From the IMG/VR virus record IMGVR_UViG_3300037424_002485, positions 1-64,000 of that record: a stretch of DNA of 64,000 bases. One strand, given 5' to 3'. Positions 63,573 to 64,000 of the stretch are shown piece after piece (the stretch's first letter is position 1; every line of letters begins with the position of its first letter). This DNA is from a virus. Its lineage: Duplodnaviria > Caudoviricetes. A program made the translations under genes and the position numbers. The notes beneath the pieces were generated by a model that was not told the origin of the DNA, did no database searches, and worked only from the letters and a program-made list of their open reading frames with translations.

Positions 63573-64000
63573 TCTTTCCTCGTATCGAATATAGTCTTCA
63601 TTTTTTCGAGCTGGGCGAACGCCTTGTACTTCTCCGGGCTGCATACTTGTAAAATGGATACCGTACCCTGCGACGTCTGCTTATACTCGACAGCGTTAAT
63701 TAAAAACGTGCCCTTTATATTAAGTTTGACATTAGGTATACCAAACGTCGGGTCGTCTATCTGTACGAGAGTATTTGGCTTCCACAACGTTTTGCCATCA
63801 GACTGCGTCCACCCCTGCACGGTGTATCCGTAGAGCCGAGAATTAGCAGCTCTGTATTTCGCCTCCCATTGTGCGCGGCCTTTACACCCGGCTATATCAA
63901 CGTCGGTCTGAGCCACTGACGCCATCGGTCTATATCTCAATTCGTTTATTTCGGGATCGACAAACCTGCTGTTATTTTTCACCCAATCGTTAGGGGTTTT
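63569..64000 (-). CDS. Baseplate hub (Mu gp44/P-like), 3' part; begins beyond the right edge
   Basis: RAQWEA..RAA.S....YTVQGW.Q.DG.LWKPNTLV.IDDP. Confidence 0.85.
   Translation of the reverse strand, partial: KTPNDWVKNNSRFVDPEINELRYRPMASVAQTDVDIAGCKGRAQWEAKYRAANSRLYGYTVQGWTQSDGKTLWKPNTLVQIDDPTFGIPNVKLNIKGTFLINAVEYKQTSQGTVSILQVCSPEKYKAFAQLEKMKTIFDTRKE

Noticed and set aside
1-64000. tRNA genes, integrase/intI, repressor, diversity-generating retroelement
   Set aside because: No cloverleaf/T-loop signature, tyrosine or serine recombinase motifs, RT motifs or TR/VR pair seen by eye; dedicated scans were not run

Overview
This window is the bulk of a large tailed dsDNA phage genome (contractile-tailed, with a Mu-like baseplate); no host housekeeping genes, integrase, tRNA or CRISPR array are visible. 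The layout has three parts: (i) minus-strand packaging genes at the left end (terS, terL, then unknown genes running off the edge); (ii) a ~56 kb plus-strand early/middle region with a phage sigma factor, primase, ligase, initiator plus DnaC-like loader, DnaB-like helicase, beta-clamp, family B polymerase, DnaX-like loader, SSB, UvsY/RecA, RuvC, SbcCD, ThyX, dNMP kinase and several DNA-modification enzymes; (iii) minus-strand baseplate and tail-fibre genes at the right end. The structural operon therefore wraps around a circularly permuted genome. Two systems stand out. First, a dispersed nonulosonic (pseudaminic-acid-like) sugar pathway (PseB, PseC-like, GNAT, PseI, SpsF/PseF-like, plus an oxidoreductase and a methyltransferase) ends in a Maf-type protein glycosyltransferase; this is normally a bacterial flagellin-glycosylation system. 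Second, an integron-type attC cassette array with no integrase in the window lies between the dnaC-like and dnaB-like genes, with three exactly complementary cassette boundaries. Also seen: a four-copy fixed-spacing promoter motif, a 94-bp duplicated promoter, a split SbcC/Rad50, a two-frame split C5 methyltransferase, a primase whose 3' end was replaced by an HNH module, and a Ser-Arg/Trp hexamer repeat. All family calls come from motif recognition by eye, not from database searches.
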